58,284 nucleotides of DNA from contig JAZSDC010000031.1 in the NCBI GenBank assembly GCA_045530935.1, positions 1 through 58,284 on the forward strand. Reading direction: 5' to 3'. Position numbers and translations under genes: made by a program. The notes under the pieces are model-generated. The model ran no database searches and was not told the origin of the DNA. It saw only the letters and a list, made by a program, of their open reading frames with translations. Numbering within the stretch: the stretch's first letter is position 1; the number at the start of each line of letters is the position of its first letter. This document shows, piece by piece, positions 1-8,825 of this stretch. The DNA is from Candidatus Enterousia sp. Its GTDB lineage: Bacteria > Pseudomonadota > Alphaproteobacteria > Rs-D84.

Positions 1-1395
1 GATATTTTTCCCATCGCCATAGTTGCAATGGAATGTTGCCAGATATGCACGCATGGCTTCTTCGGCGTTTTCGTCTGCCTGTTGTTCAGACAGTGCACTG
101 GCCAATTGCATGCCACCAATACCGGTTGCGCCCATCGACGCCGCCCCCAGTATTTTATTAGGCTTTGATTGCTCGCGTTCTTTTGCGACCTTTACCTTTT
201 CCTTTAACACTGATATTTCTGCCAAAGAATTCAACGCAGCAAATATCTGCTGATTTGTCATATTTTTAGTATCAATTGTATTCAGCCACGCATACAATTC
301 CTCTTCTTGTGCCGATATGTCACCTTCTATTTTTGCCACAACCTGGTCCGTCAATGCAGATACTTCTGACACTTCTGACGATGACGCTGCAACTACATCA
401 CTGCCCGAAACTTCTGCGCTGGATGCGACGGGTGCGACGGGTGCGACGGGTGTGCTGGATGCGACGGGTGCACCGAGTGTGCTGGGTGTGCCGGGTGCAG
501 GTGACACATTCGGTGCAAGCTGATTCACAAGATTATCATATGTACCCTTGAATGCAACTGACGATGTTAATGTCGCGTGGCTCCATCCCTGGTCAAAAGA
601 TAAACTACCATCAGCTACCCCACTGGAAAGCACCCCAAGAACATGTTCATTTGCGAAAAAACCACCACCTGAATTCCCACTCCACGTATCACATGTTGAT
701 TCCATAAGATTATTTCTTTTGTCTTCTTCATTGACATAAAACCATCTTCCTTCACAAAAATCTGGACGTGTTGAATGTCCACACTCTTCCGCTTGATCCA
801 GCGATAAAACCTTGCACCCTTCATGCTTTTTTAAATTATTACCATCTTTATTAAAATCAGCGCGGTCTGCTGCACTCAAAGCACTATTAATTTCATCAGA
901 AGTTACGCTACCTTCACTAAAAACGCGCCTTATTATTTCTAAATCTGTTTCATCCAAAACACGAACATATCCAAACCCCAGATTTGTAACTGTGTTTATA
1001 CCATCAGGGTCAAACCCACCCCCAACTTTTGGTATTGGCTTGTCAAATTTATAATACCCTTCTTCTTTATCAACAACATAAAGCGCCCAATCTGAATCCC
1101 CAACCTCTTTAAAAGGCGAAGAGCTGTTAAAGGTAACAGTAAATGTTTTATTGTTACAGTTTCTAATACGCCCTGTGTCGCCTTTAACACAATGTGCAGC
1201 TGTCAAGATTATGTTTTTTGCGACATACTGCGCTGTACAAGAATAACCTCCGGCACTAAGCTCTACAATATATGGAAAATCCCGACACCATTCGTCTTTT
1301 TCAACAAGCTTACGCCCATCCGATTCACCAACACCCGCAAAAACATTCGCAGTCCAAAAAGCAGCCATCAAAAACGCAACAATTCTAAATTTCAC
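1..1395 (-). CDS. Secreted trypsin-like (S1) serine protease with Pro/Ala/Ser linker and C-terminal extension; 3'-partial, runs off the left edge
   Basis: Not in the ORF track. Manual translation from GTG at 1395 gives MKFRIVAFLMAAFWTANVFA (signal peptide), then ILTAAHC (His at 1192-1194), DSDWAL (Asp at 1090-1092) and CDTWSGNSGGG (Ser at 670-672). The frame is open to base 1. Confidence 0.9.
   Translation of the reverse strand, partial: MKFRIVAFLMAAFWTANVFAGVGESDGRKLVEKDEWCRDFPYIVELSAGGYSCTAQYVAKNIILTAAHCVKGDTGRIRNCNNKTFTVTFNSSSPFKEVGDSDWALYVVDKEEGYYKFDKPIPKVGGGFDPDGINTVTNLGFGYVRVLDETDLEIIRRVFSEGSVTSDEINSALSAADRADFNKDGNNLKKHEGCKVLSLDQAEECGHSTRPDFCEGRWFYVNEEDKRNNLMESTCDTWSGNSGGGFFANEHVLGVLSSGVADGSLSFDQGWSHATLTSSVAFKGTYDNLVNQLAPNVSPAPGTPSTLGAPVASSTPVAPVAPVASSAEVSGSDVVAASSSEVSEVSALTDQVVAKIEGDISAQEEELYAWLNTIDTKNMTNQQIFAALNSLAEISVLKEKVKVAKEREQSKPNKILGAASMGATGIGGMQLASALSEQQADENAEEAMRAYLATFHCNYGDGKNI
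415..500. repeat. Imperfect 9-bp tandem repeat (GGGTGCGAC) encoding the PVA-PVA-PVA linker of the protease
   Basis: Read directly: ggatgcgacg ggtgcgacgg gtgcgacggg tgtgctggat gcgacgggtg; the minus strand reads GAPVASSTPVAPVAPVASS. Confidence 0.8.
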
Positions 1396-1412
1396 GCACA
1401 CACCCAGCCAAA

Positions 1413-2144
1413 TTAAAACAATATATTAATCCGACCACCAATCTGAACATCATCCGATTCAAATTCAAAATCCATGTGTCCAACATATTGTGTACGACCA
1501 TATTGGCGTACAATTTTTGCATGCAACCATTCTTGATCGAAATCAACATCTTCAATTTTATGTGTTGCCTTGCGAATTGTTGCACCTATGCCAAAGCGCC
1601 AATCTGGGGCAGTACGAAAGTAAGCTTCGGGCATAAAGTCCAAGAACGCAACCCCACGCGTATCATCAAACACCCATGTTGACTTAATCGTCGCAGCCAA
1701 CGTCATACCCGCCCATTGGCGACCAAAGCGCAAGCCCGCATAGTACGTTGAATCCGCATAATCTGGTGTACGCACACGCGAACCACCACCGAACTTGAAC
1801 CCAAACAAAACATCCGATATTACATGCGCATCATTATCATCGGCGCCCCCCATACGGTATATTGCACCCAAATCAATTGCAGAGAAACCGTCTTCATTAC
1901 CATTAAAATCATGCTGATAATGCACATTTGCGCCAACACTTAACCGATTATTCATCCCATAAGAAATCGATTGCCCTGCGCGTAAAATATGGTCCCAGTA
2001 CGTCATCGAAGTTTGCGACAAAACACCTTCGATTCCCAACATAAACAATGGATCAGATGTATCCTGTCCTATATCATTCGCACGAACAAATGATGGCATA
2101 AATATAAAACAAGACAATAAAATAACAGATAAAAACTTACGCAC
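1413..2144 (-). CDS. Putative outer-membrane beta-barrel protein
   Basis: Probable GTG start at 2144 after a GGGGA SD-like motif; signal peptide; alternating hydrophobic/aromatic strands; C-terminal BAM-like signature IGGRINILF. Confidence 0.7.
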   Translation of the reverse strand: MRKFLSVILLSCFIFMPSFVRANDIGQDTSDPLFMLGIEGVLSQTSMTYWDHILRAGQSISYGMNNRLSVGANVHYQHDFNGNEDGFSAIDLGAIYRMGGADDNDAHVISDVLFGFKFGGGSRVRTPDYADSTYYAGLRFGRQWAGMTLAATIKSTWVFDDTRGVAFLDFMPEAYFRTAPDWRFGIGATIRKATHKIEDVDFDQEWLHAKIVRQYGRTQYVGHMDFEFESDDVQIGGRINILF

Positions 2145-2229
2145 AGCGGTTCCCCTATCTCTCCACCCAGTCAAACAACTTTACACGCCCCAATAAATTT
2201 CAGGGGCGTGATTTTACATTAACATTTCC

Positions 2230-3564
2230 CTAGAACTGGAACATAACCTGCAGACCAATTGTTGTTTCCGCATAGTTATCTAAATCAACCGTTCCTAGCT
2301 TGGTCAAAGATGTCATAAACTTGCCATCCTGCAACTGGGGTACATACGATCCCCCACCCAGGTCAACAGGCTGTTCCATCCAATAAAAATCCAGTGTTTT
2401 ACCATCTGCACTGTCATAAAATACAGTTCTTGCATACAGGTTCAATGCAAAGTTATCATTTGGTTGCCAACCAATTGCGCCCTTGATTGATGCAGAATTA
2501 TGCCAATCATAATTACCAAATATACCTTCGACATTCAGTGTCCAATCTTCATTCAGCACACTAAATACACCCAAACCACCTTCGATGTACATGGCGCTGT
2601 CATCACCGACCTGATATGGGATATACATCATTGCATCACCGGTATAATTAACCCCATCAATTTCATACTGATACTGTCCCTTGACACCATTTCCATATGA
2701 ATTTGCTTCTAAATCCAGATACCACCCACGCACCAAACCATATATTGTTGATGTTGAAACTTTGTACCCTGCCTTTAATTCCATCAAGAAATTATTAGAA
2801 ACATCTTTTTGGTGCTGATAATATGCCGACGCCATACCAATCCAATCTTCGGTATCCAAGAAACGCCACTGTCCCCCAACACCAAACAAATTTATACCAT
2901 CGTCTTCATATTTATCATCTGCTGAATTATCATCCCATTCAAATTTAGACGTATCAGAATCAAATTCCAACATTCCCATCAACGCAAAAGTATCTGTAAT
3001 ACCATAACTAAAATCCTCTTTCACAGAAAAGCGTTTAAAATCCCAATTTCCGCCATGTCCATTCCATGCCAAATCGAATGCCGGCACATCCAACGATGGA
3101 TTCCACACAGGAACAGTCTGATTAATTTTAAAATCATATCCCGCCATAGTATACGAAAAATCAGTTACAGAACCAAACACACCCCCCAACGGCTGATAAA
3201 ATGGATGTGCGATAAAATATTTACGCGTTAATTTATCAACAACCTTTTCCGAGCGTGTTGTACGTTTTGTTGTCTTCATTGCACGCGCAGACGAAGAATT
3301 TGCCCCTTCGTATTGTTTATACAATGCGCTGCGACTTGCAGGCTGGGCATAATATAAATCTGCTGCATCTTTGGTTTCATATGTCTTGGTTGTTGTACGC
3401 GTTTTATATTTTTGATAATTAACTGTTTCACGTGTACGTGTGGCAGGCGCCCCTGTTAAATCAGCACTGGACGCGGCACGTGCGCCAAAATTTGTCGCAG
3501 CATTGGCATCCAAAACCGCCAACACAGATAAAACGCCAACGACACCAAATAATGTTTTCTTCAT
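2230..3564 (-). CDS. Putative outer-membrane beta-barrel protein with basic/Thr-rich N-terminal extension
   Basis: AGGAG SD; signal peptide MKKTLFGVVGVLSVLAVLDANA; Tyr/Trp/Gly-rich beta strands; ends IGLQVMFQF. Confidence 0.75.
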   Translation of the reverse strand: MKKTLFGVVGVLSVLAVLDANAATNFGARAASSADLTGAPATRTRETVNYQKYKTRTTTKTYETKDAADLYYAQPASRSALYKQYEGANSSSARAMKTTKRTTRSEKVVDKLTRKYFIAHPFYQPLGGVFGSVTDFSYTMAGYDFKINQTVPVWNPSLDVPAFDLAWNGHGGNWDFKRFSVKEDFSYGITDTFALMGMLEFDSDTSKFEWDDNSADDKYEDDGINLFGVGGQWRFLDTEDWIGMASAYYQHQKDVSNNFLMELKAGYKVSTSTIYGLVRGWYLDLEANSYGNGVKGQYQYEIDGVNYTGDAMMYIPYQVGDDSAMYIEGGLGVFSVLNEDWTLNVEGIFGNYDWHNSASIKGAIGWQPNDNFALNLYARTVFYDSADGKTLDFYWMEQPVDLGGGSYVPQLQDGKFMTSLTKLGTVDLDNYAETTIGLQVMFQF

Positions 3565-3645
3565 GATACATCTCCTTTTTACAAAAAATTATACCATAAA
3601 AAAATATTTCAGCAAAGAAAAAACCGCCAAAGATGACGGTTTATC

Positions 3646-4446
3646 TTAATTTGACGCACCTGGCCACCCATAGGGTCTTGAATTTTGTTGCCGGGTCATC
3701 TCTTGATTGTACAACAATATCTGCATTTTTACTTGTTCTGCGCAACTATTAATCTTCGCCTTTGCTTTTTCTTTCTTACAATATAATTCTGTACATGCGT
3801 TTAAAGGTGCACCATTCTTACCCTTTACTTCGCATGTTGGATTGCTGCCATCGGTTTTGTTAATAACCAAAAGCCCCATTTGTTGTGCAGTTTCTATATC
3901 TTTCATCAACTGCTTTCGCGCATCTGTTGTTTTACCAGAATCAACCGCCATTTCAATCAATCTAAGATTATACTGCAGACATTCAATCACAGACGCATAA
4001 TCCCCAGATTCCCTGACACAATTTTTCGCATTATCCAAAACAATATACTTATCACCACTGCCTGGCGTGCCTGTATCAGAATCACCACCTGTATCTTTTT
4101 TATCTTCACCAGACATAAAATCCTTTGAATATATTGCTTTTTCCAACTGCGTTCTTAATCGACGCACCATTGATTCCATTTCCTGATATTGTTTGTACAT
4201 TTGTTGCGTAATAACCGTCGTCTTCATACGTACAATTTCTTGCATTTGTTGTTTTTTTTCGTTTTCTGGATTTTGTTCTTCACCGATATTATATACATGC
4301 GTTGAACACAGTGCTAATTCTGGGATAACCGCATCATTCAATTCAGAATCACAATCATAATTCGCCGCACTTACACCACCGACCAACCAAAGATGTACGA
4401 TTCCAGAAATAACAAATATCAGAAAAATCTTCCTTAAAACACCCAT
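3646..4446 (-). CDS. Exported Cys-containing helical/coiled-coil hypothetical protein
   Basis: 266-aa ORF with signal peptide, several Cys and a Gln/Met-rich helix; co-oriented with its neighbours. Confidence 0.75.
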   Translation of the reverse strand: MGVLRKIFLIFVISGIVHLWLVGGVSAANYDCDSELNDAVIPELALCSTHVYNIGEEQNPENEKKQQMQEIVRMKTTVITQQMYKQYQEMESMVRRLRTQLEKAIYSKDFMSGEDKKDTGGDSDTGTPGSGDKYIVLDNAKNCVRESGDYASVIECLQYNLRLIEMAVDSGKTTDARKQLMKDIETAQQMGLLVINKTDGSNPTCEVKGKNGAPLNACTELYCKKEKAKAKINSCAEQVKMQILLYNQEMTRQQNSRPYGWPGASN

Positions 4447-4457
4447 TCTTAAGATCC

Positions 4458-6290
4458 TTATTTATCTACACATTCAAAATTACACCCAGAAACTTCCAAC
4501 ATTTGTGTCGGACTATTCTGACATTGTACAACAGTTTGATAAATATCTTTTGTCAACAAACAGCTATCATAAAACATACAACCACCAGTTTTAACCTCAC
4601 AACGAGCGGTATTTTTGTTCCAATCCATCGTACAATCTGTTCCACCAAGATTTCCTTTGTAAGTGGTACATTCAGCTTCATTCGAAATCCCCTTGGCATA
4701 AGGCAGAAACCCATACCCAGACGTAGCAGCAATATACGACGCAACCACTGGGGCATTACTATACATAGAATCCAAATTCTTTCGTGATGTACAAACCCTG
4801 GCAGGCAACTTTTTAGTTTGTATCGCATTTAACAATGTTAAATATTGATCTTCTGTTTTTACCGCACAATATTTTGTACCAGATTTAACAGCATTTTCCC
4901 CGCCATAAAAAGACGTACCAACCGCATAATCTGGGGCATCCTGGGCCAAGATACGTTCCAAAACATCCAAACCTGCCGCACGTCCACCATTTCCACTGAC
5001 ACGCCCTAACATCGGAATTGATTCTAATGCCGATGTCGCACACCCCAAACGCACCAAACGACCATTTGTGGCATCAGCTTCTTCATTTTCTGCAATCCAT
5101 GCACTACTTACCGCGGCACCTTCATCTCCGGCAGTAATAAATTCCGTCAATGTACAGCGCACATCATCATGCGCAGGTATCATCATACCAACGGTACAAT
5201 TTTGTCCACCTTTGGCATAGCCTTTTTTTACGGAACGTTCATTCTGACAATTCGTATGCGAATAATACGCAGGCTTATGTCCCGTTGCAGCACCACTGCC
5301 CACGCACATAAACTTTCCCCACCTGTTGCACGAACCATTCAACATCATTATAACATCTGAAACATCCGCACCAACCGCCAATGCCATTTCCAACGCATTG
5401 TACATTGCCGTGGCCGCTTGGTCATATGGACGAATAAAATCACGCGCTTTTTGTTTAAATGCTTTTACGCGTTTTGGCCCCGCGCAATTTTCACCACGTT
5501 CATCACATCCTGCATAACGAAACGCAGTCTGCATTGCTGCATATAATGATTTTAATGCGTCTTCTGCACTTTCAACCTCTGACAAAATCTGTCCCGATAT
5601 TTGTGCACGAAACTTCATATCTTCGATATAATCTTGGTTATCTGTACCCAGCAACGCTTCGTTATTACCCTCTGCACTTGACGCACCCCCCGCAACAGAA
5701 TTTGTTTCATTCGAAGCAGTCAACAATTCCTTTTGCGCATCCAATGCAGCACGAATTTCACGCATTTGATTATCGTTTTGTTCTTGTATCTGGTTTTGCA
5801 AATTGTTTATTTGATTTTGCATTTGTGTAATCTGTTGATTACTGTTGGCCAGTTTTGCTTCTGTCTGCTGGGCAGCAGCTGCAGCATCAGCCCTTTGCTG
5901 TTCTACAATTTTCGCATTTATATCAGACACAATTTGCGCTGCGATAAAATCAATCAGTTCATCCCCATGTTGCTTGCAAGTTTTATTACTGTTCACACAC
6001 CCAACAACAATCGGTCTTGCAATTTCCACTGTTGTACACCCTGAACATCGTGGCTGGGCGCAGCGCATTATCAATGAATTACAATTACCAAAATCCGCCT
6101 TGGGCTTTTCCCCCACAGGCCCTGTTGCCTGTGTTCTGGAATTCATCATATTATTCCAATTATTATTATTTGTTACCCCGACATTCCCATTCCATGCCGT
6201 CAAATTACTGCCTGCAGTTGTCGCAACATTCGCAGTCGCCACGCCAGGCAACAAACAAAACAACAATAAAAATCGTGTAAACAATGTCAT
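4458..6290 (-). CDS. Exported Cys-rich protein with Gln/Ala coiled coil
   Basis: 610-aa ORF with signal peptide, many Cys and a QQITQMQNQINNLQNQIQEQ coiled coil. Confidence 0.8.
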   Translation of the reverse strand: MTLFTRFLLLFCLLPGVATANVATTAGSNLTAWNGNVGVTNNNNWNNMMNSRTQATGPVGEKPKADFGNCNSLIMRCAQPRCSGCTTVEIARPIVVGCVNSNKTCKQHGDELIDFIAAQIVSDINAKIVEQQRADAAAAAQQTEAKLANSNQQITQMQNQINNLQNQIQEQNDNQMREIRAALDAQKELLTASNETNSVAGGASSAEGNNEALLGTDNQDYIEDMKFRAQISGQILSEVESAEDALKSLYAAMQTAFRYAGCDERGENCAGPKRVKAFKQKARDFIRPYDQAATAMYNALEMALAVGADVSDVIMMLNGSCNRWGKFMCVGSGAATGHKPAYYSHTNCQNERSVKKGYAKGGQNCTVGMMIPAHDDVRCTLTEFITAGDEGAAVSSAWIAENEEADATNGRLVRLGCATSALESIPMLGRVSGNGGRAAGLDVLERILAQDAPDYAVGTSFYGGENAVKSGTKYCAVKTEDQYLTLLNAIQTKKLPARVCTSRKNLDSMYSNAPVVASYIAATSGYGFLPYAKGISNEAECTTYKGNLGGTDCTMDWNKNTARCEVKTGGCMFYDSCLLTKDIYQTVVQCQNSPTQMLEVSGCNFECVDK

Positions 6291-6345
6291 ACTCTCTCAG
6301 CTTTCTTATATTTTAACATAAAAACAACATATATAAAAGACATTT

Positions 6346-6828
6346 TTATCTGGCGACACGCATCATATTCGTATGTGCCAGCGCAATTGCAATCGCATCT
6401 GCTTCGTCTGCAGTTTTCGGATTTGCAATCGGCAACAAGATTTTGACCATCTTATCAACTGCCCCCTTGTCCGCATGCCCTGCCCCTGTTAATGCTTTTT
6501 TAATGACATTCGGTTCATATTCGAACACAGGGATATCATGATTTGCAACCGCAACAATGGCGGCTGCGCGCGCCTGCCCCAAAATAAGTGTTGTTTTGGG
6601 ATTTTTATTCACGAATATTATTTCAATACTGCATTCATCCGGCTGAAACGTTTCACAAATCTTGCACAATTCCCGAAAGATTATCACCAACCGTTCCGAC
6701 ATTTCTAATTTTGGATTTGGCAAGATTACACCACTGGCAATATATTTACGCGATTGCCCCGCGGTATCAACAACCGCCCAACCCGTATGTAAAAGTCCAG
6801 GGTCAATTCCCAAAACGCGCTTTGTCAT
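6346..6828 (-). CDS. ruvC: Holliday junction resolvase RuvC
   Basis: LGIDPG...TGWAVV, catalytic E in CSIE, LGQAR, KKALTGAGHADK, DEADAIAIA. Confidence 0.97.
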   Translation of the reverse strand: MTKRVLGIDPGLLHTGWAVVDTAGQSRKYIASGVILPNPKLEMSERLVIIFRELCKICETFQPDECSIEIIFVNKNPKTTLILGQARAAAIVAVANHDIPVFEYEPNVIKKALTGAGHADKGAVDKMVKILLPIANPKTADEADAIAIALAHTNMMRVAR

Positions 6829-7154
6829 TTTCTAAAACTTATTTTAGTAACTGCGTTATACCCAAAATATTTATTTATTTTTTTTATTATTTCATCCGAC
6901 TGGTATGATAATTGCAACGCATATGCCGGTACAGTTGGTCTGATTACAACATTAAATGTATTATCGCGATTTTTTCTTATTGCCGCCAATCGTGCAACCG
7001 CTGCGATATCCGCCCCCATAATCTCGTCCCAACGTTGCATTAAATCTGAATCAGATGCACGCACCCCAAAAATTTTAATCAAACCACCCAACGCCCCCGC
7101 AATTGTTTGGGGGCGTTTGGTTCGTTCTTCAAATTTCTTAGTTTGGTTTGACAT
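6825..7154 (-). CDS. DciA/DUF721 family protein
   Basis: WDEIMGADIAAVAR and ALQLSY...IIKKINKYFG...VTKISF match the DUF721 pattern. Confidence 0.75.
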   Translation of the reverse strand: MSNQTKKFEERTKRPQTIAGALGGLIKIFGVRASDSDLMQRWDEIMGADIAAVARLAAIRKNRDNTFNVVIRPTVPAYALQLSYQSDEIIKKINKYFGYNAVTKISFRK

Positions 7155-8238
7155 ACGTATATTCTTTTGGCATCAAGATAAACATCTGCCCCTGGGCATG
7201 CTGTCCCTGGGCAAATTTATACGCTTCGTCCCCTTTGCCAAAGAATATATCCGCACGAATCCATCCACGAATCGCGCTGCCTGTATCCTGGGCAATCATC
7301 AGACGACGGAACGGACGTCCATCAGACAGATTTGTATTAACATATACCGGCAACCCCAACGTATATAAATCATCATCCATCGCAACACTGCGTATTTTTG
7401 ACAACGGTGTCCCCAGCTTTCCAATCACATCTGGTGGCGTTGATTCATAGAAATAAACATAACGCGGATTTTTATAAATAACATCTTTTGCCAAAGACGG
7501 ATTGGCCTTTAAATGTTGCCATACCGCTTCGGATGAAAAACCGCCCTTGGGTCTGATTCCACGATTACGCAGTTCTTCCCCAATTGATTTAAATGGCATA
7601 TCATTTACAGCAGCAAAATTTAATTTTACATCTGTACCATCTTCCAACCGCAGATTTCCTGAGCCCTGTATTTGAATATTTTGCACATCAACAATATTTG
7701 CCCAATATAAAACCCGTCCGATTTTCTTTTCTACGATATCCTTTTTTGCAACACCTTTATACTTACGTCCATCCGTTGGGATTCCCATCAAAGGTTCATT
7801 ACAAACCGCAGTCTGGGTTCTGCACGCAGGAATAATCGGCGAATAATAACCTGTATAGGTCCCCTTGTCCCCCCCATTGTCATTATAAATCTGATACGGC
7901 TGGAAATTAGATTCAAACCATGCGCGCACTGTTGCGATATCCGCAGACGCACTTGGCAGCATGCGACATTTTTCTGCAAACAATTCTTTATCTGGGATTA
8001 AACGCCCAGTATATTGAATTTTTGCCTTGCACGAATTACGGAACGCCTGCAACGCATAACGCACATCATCGTCGCGCCATCCCGGCAAATCCGAATATGA
8101 TACCCGCTTGAAATTAGATGGAATTACAGAATTATCCCCCACAACCGTCGGCGTTGAAACATCACACGATGTTAATACAGCCACTGCCCCTGCTGTTAAT
8201 AATAAACGCAAAACTGAATTTTTTTGAAAAAATCGCAT
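7138..8238 (-). CDS. mltA: Membrane-bound lytic murein transglycosylase A (lipoprotein)
   Basis: Lipobox LTSC; DLPGW, TGYYSP, IQIQGSG, NPRYVYF, AQDTGSAIRG..RADIFFG. Confidence 0.93.
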   Translation of the reverse strand: MRFFQKNSVLRLLLTAGAVAVLTSCDVSTPTVVGDNSVIPSNFKRVSYSDLPGWRDDDVRYALQAFRNSCKAKIQYTGRLIPDKELFAEKCRMLPSASADIATVRAWFESNFQPYQIYNDNGGDKGTYTGYYSPIIPACRTQTAVCNEPLMGIPTDGRKYKGVAKKDIVEKKIGRVLYWANIVDVQNIQIQGSGNLRLEDGTDVKLNFAAVNDMPFKSIGEELRNRGIRPKGGFSSEAVWQHLKANPSLAKDVIYKNPRYVYFYESTPPDVIGKLGTPLSKIRSVAMDDDLYTLGLPVYVNTNLSDGRPFRRLMIAQDTGSAIRGWIRADIFFGKGDEAYKFAQGQHAQGQMFILMPKEYTYVKPN

Positions 8239-8353
8239 TTTTTAGCAATCCCCCCACTTGTAAAAGTTTTTTATAATGCTATATTAACATAAAATCAGGA
8301 TGCAAGTCCAGACCATAAAAGATTTGAACAAAAAACACCGAAGGAGATAAAAC

Positions 8354-8779
8354 ATGGCAAAGTTCAATATCATTTCACAATTTTTAAAAGACATTTCTTT
8401 TGAAAGTCCAAACGTACCAGAATTATTTTTCAAAAATGATAATGGCCAGGCAAAACTAGAAATTAATATCGATATCCAAATCAAAGGTGCTGACAATAAT
8501 CTGTTTATGGTTGATGTAATTACCAAGGTTCATTCAAAATTAGAAGCAGACGATAAATCAATCTTTTTAATTGAATCCACATATTCTGGTCTGGTTCAAA
8601 TGGAAGAAGAAAAAGATGACGAAACAAAAAAACGCACACTGTTGATTGATGTTCCAACATTATTGTTCCCCGCAGTACGTGCATTAGTAACACGTTTGAC
8701 CAGTGAATCTGGATTTCCAACATTCACAATGCAACCTGTCGATTTTGCACAATTGTACGAACAAAAACAGGCAAAATAA
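8354..8779 (+). CDS. secB: Protein-export chaperone SecB
   Basis: AAGGAG SD; QFLKDISFESP, PTLLFPAVR, GFP...PVDFAQLY. Confidence 0.93.
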   Translation: MAKFNIISQFLKDISFESPNVPELFFKNDNGQAKLEINIDIQIKGADNNLFMVDVITKVHSKLEADDKSIFLIESTYSGLVQMEEEKDDETKKRTLLIDVPTLLFPAVRALVTRLTSESGFPTFTMQPVDFAQLYEQKQAK

Positions 8780-8794
8780 TATAAATTATCACTC

Positions 8795-8825
8795 AAAAAA
8801 ATCCCCAAAACAGGGGATTTTTTTT
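8795..8825. terminator. Bidirectional intrinsic terminator between secB and ftsK
   Basis: aaaaaaatcccc-aaaaca-ggggattttttt between convergent genes. Confidence 0.75.

Noticed and set aside
23-1416. Short track ORFs in the first 1.4 kb
   Set aside because: All overlap the real minus-strand protease frame (1-1395).
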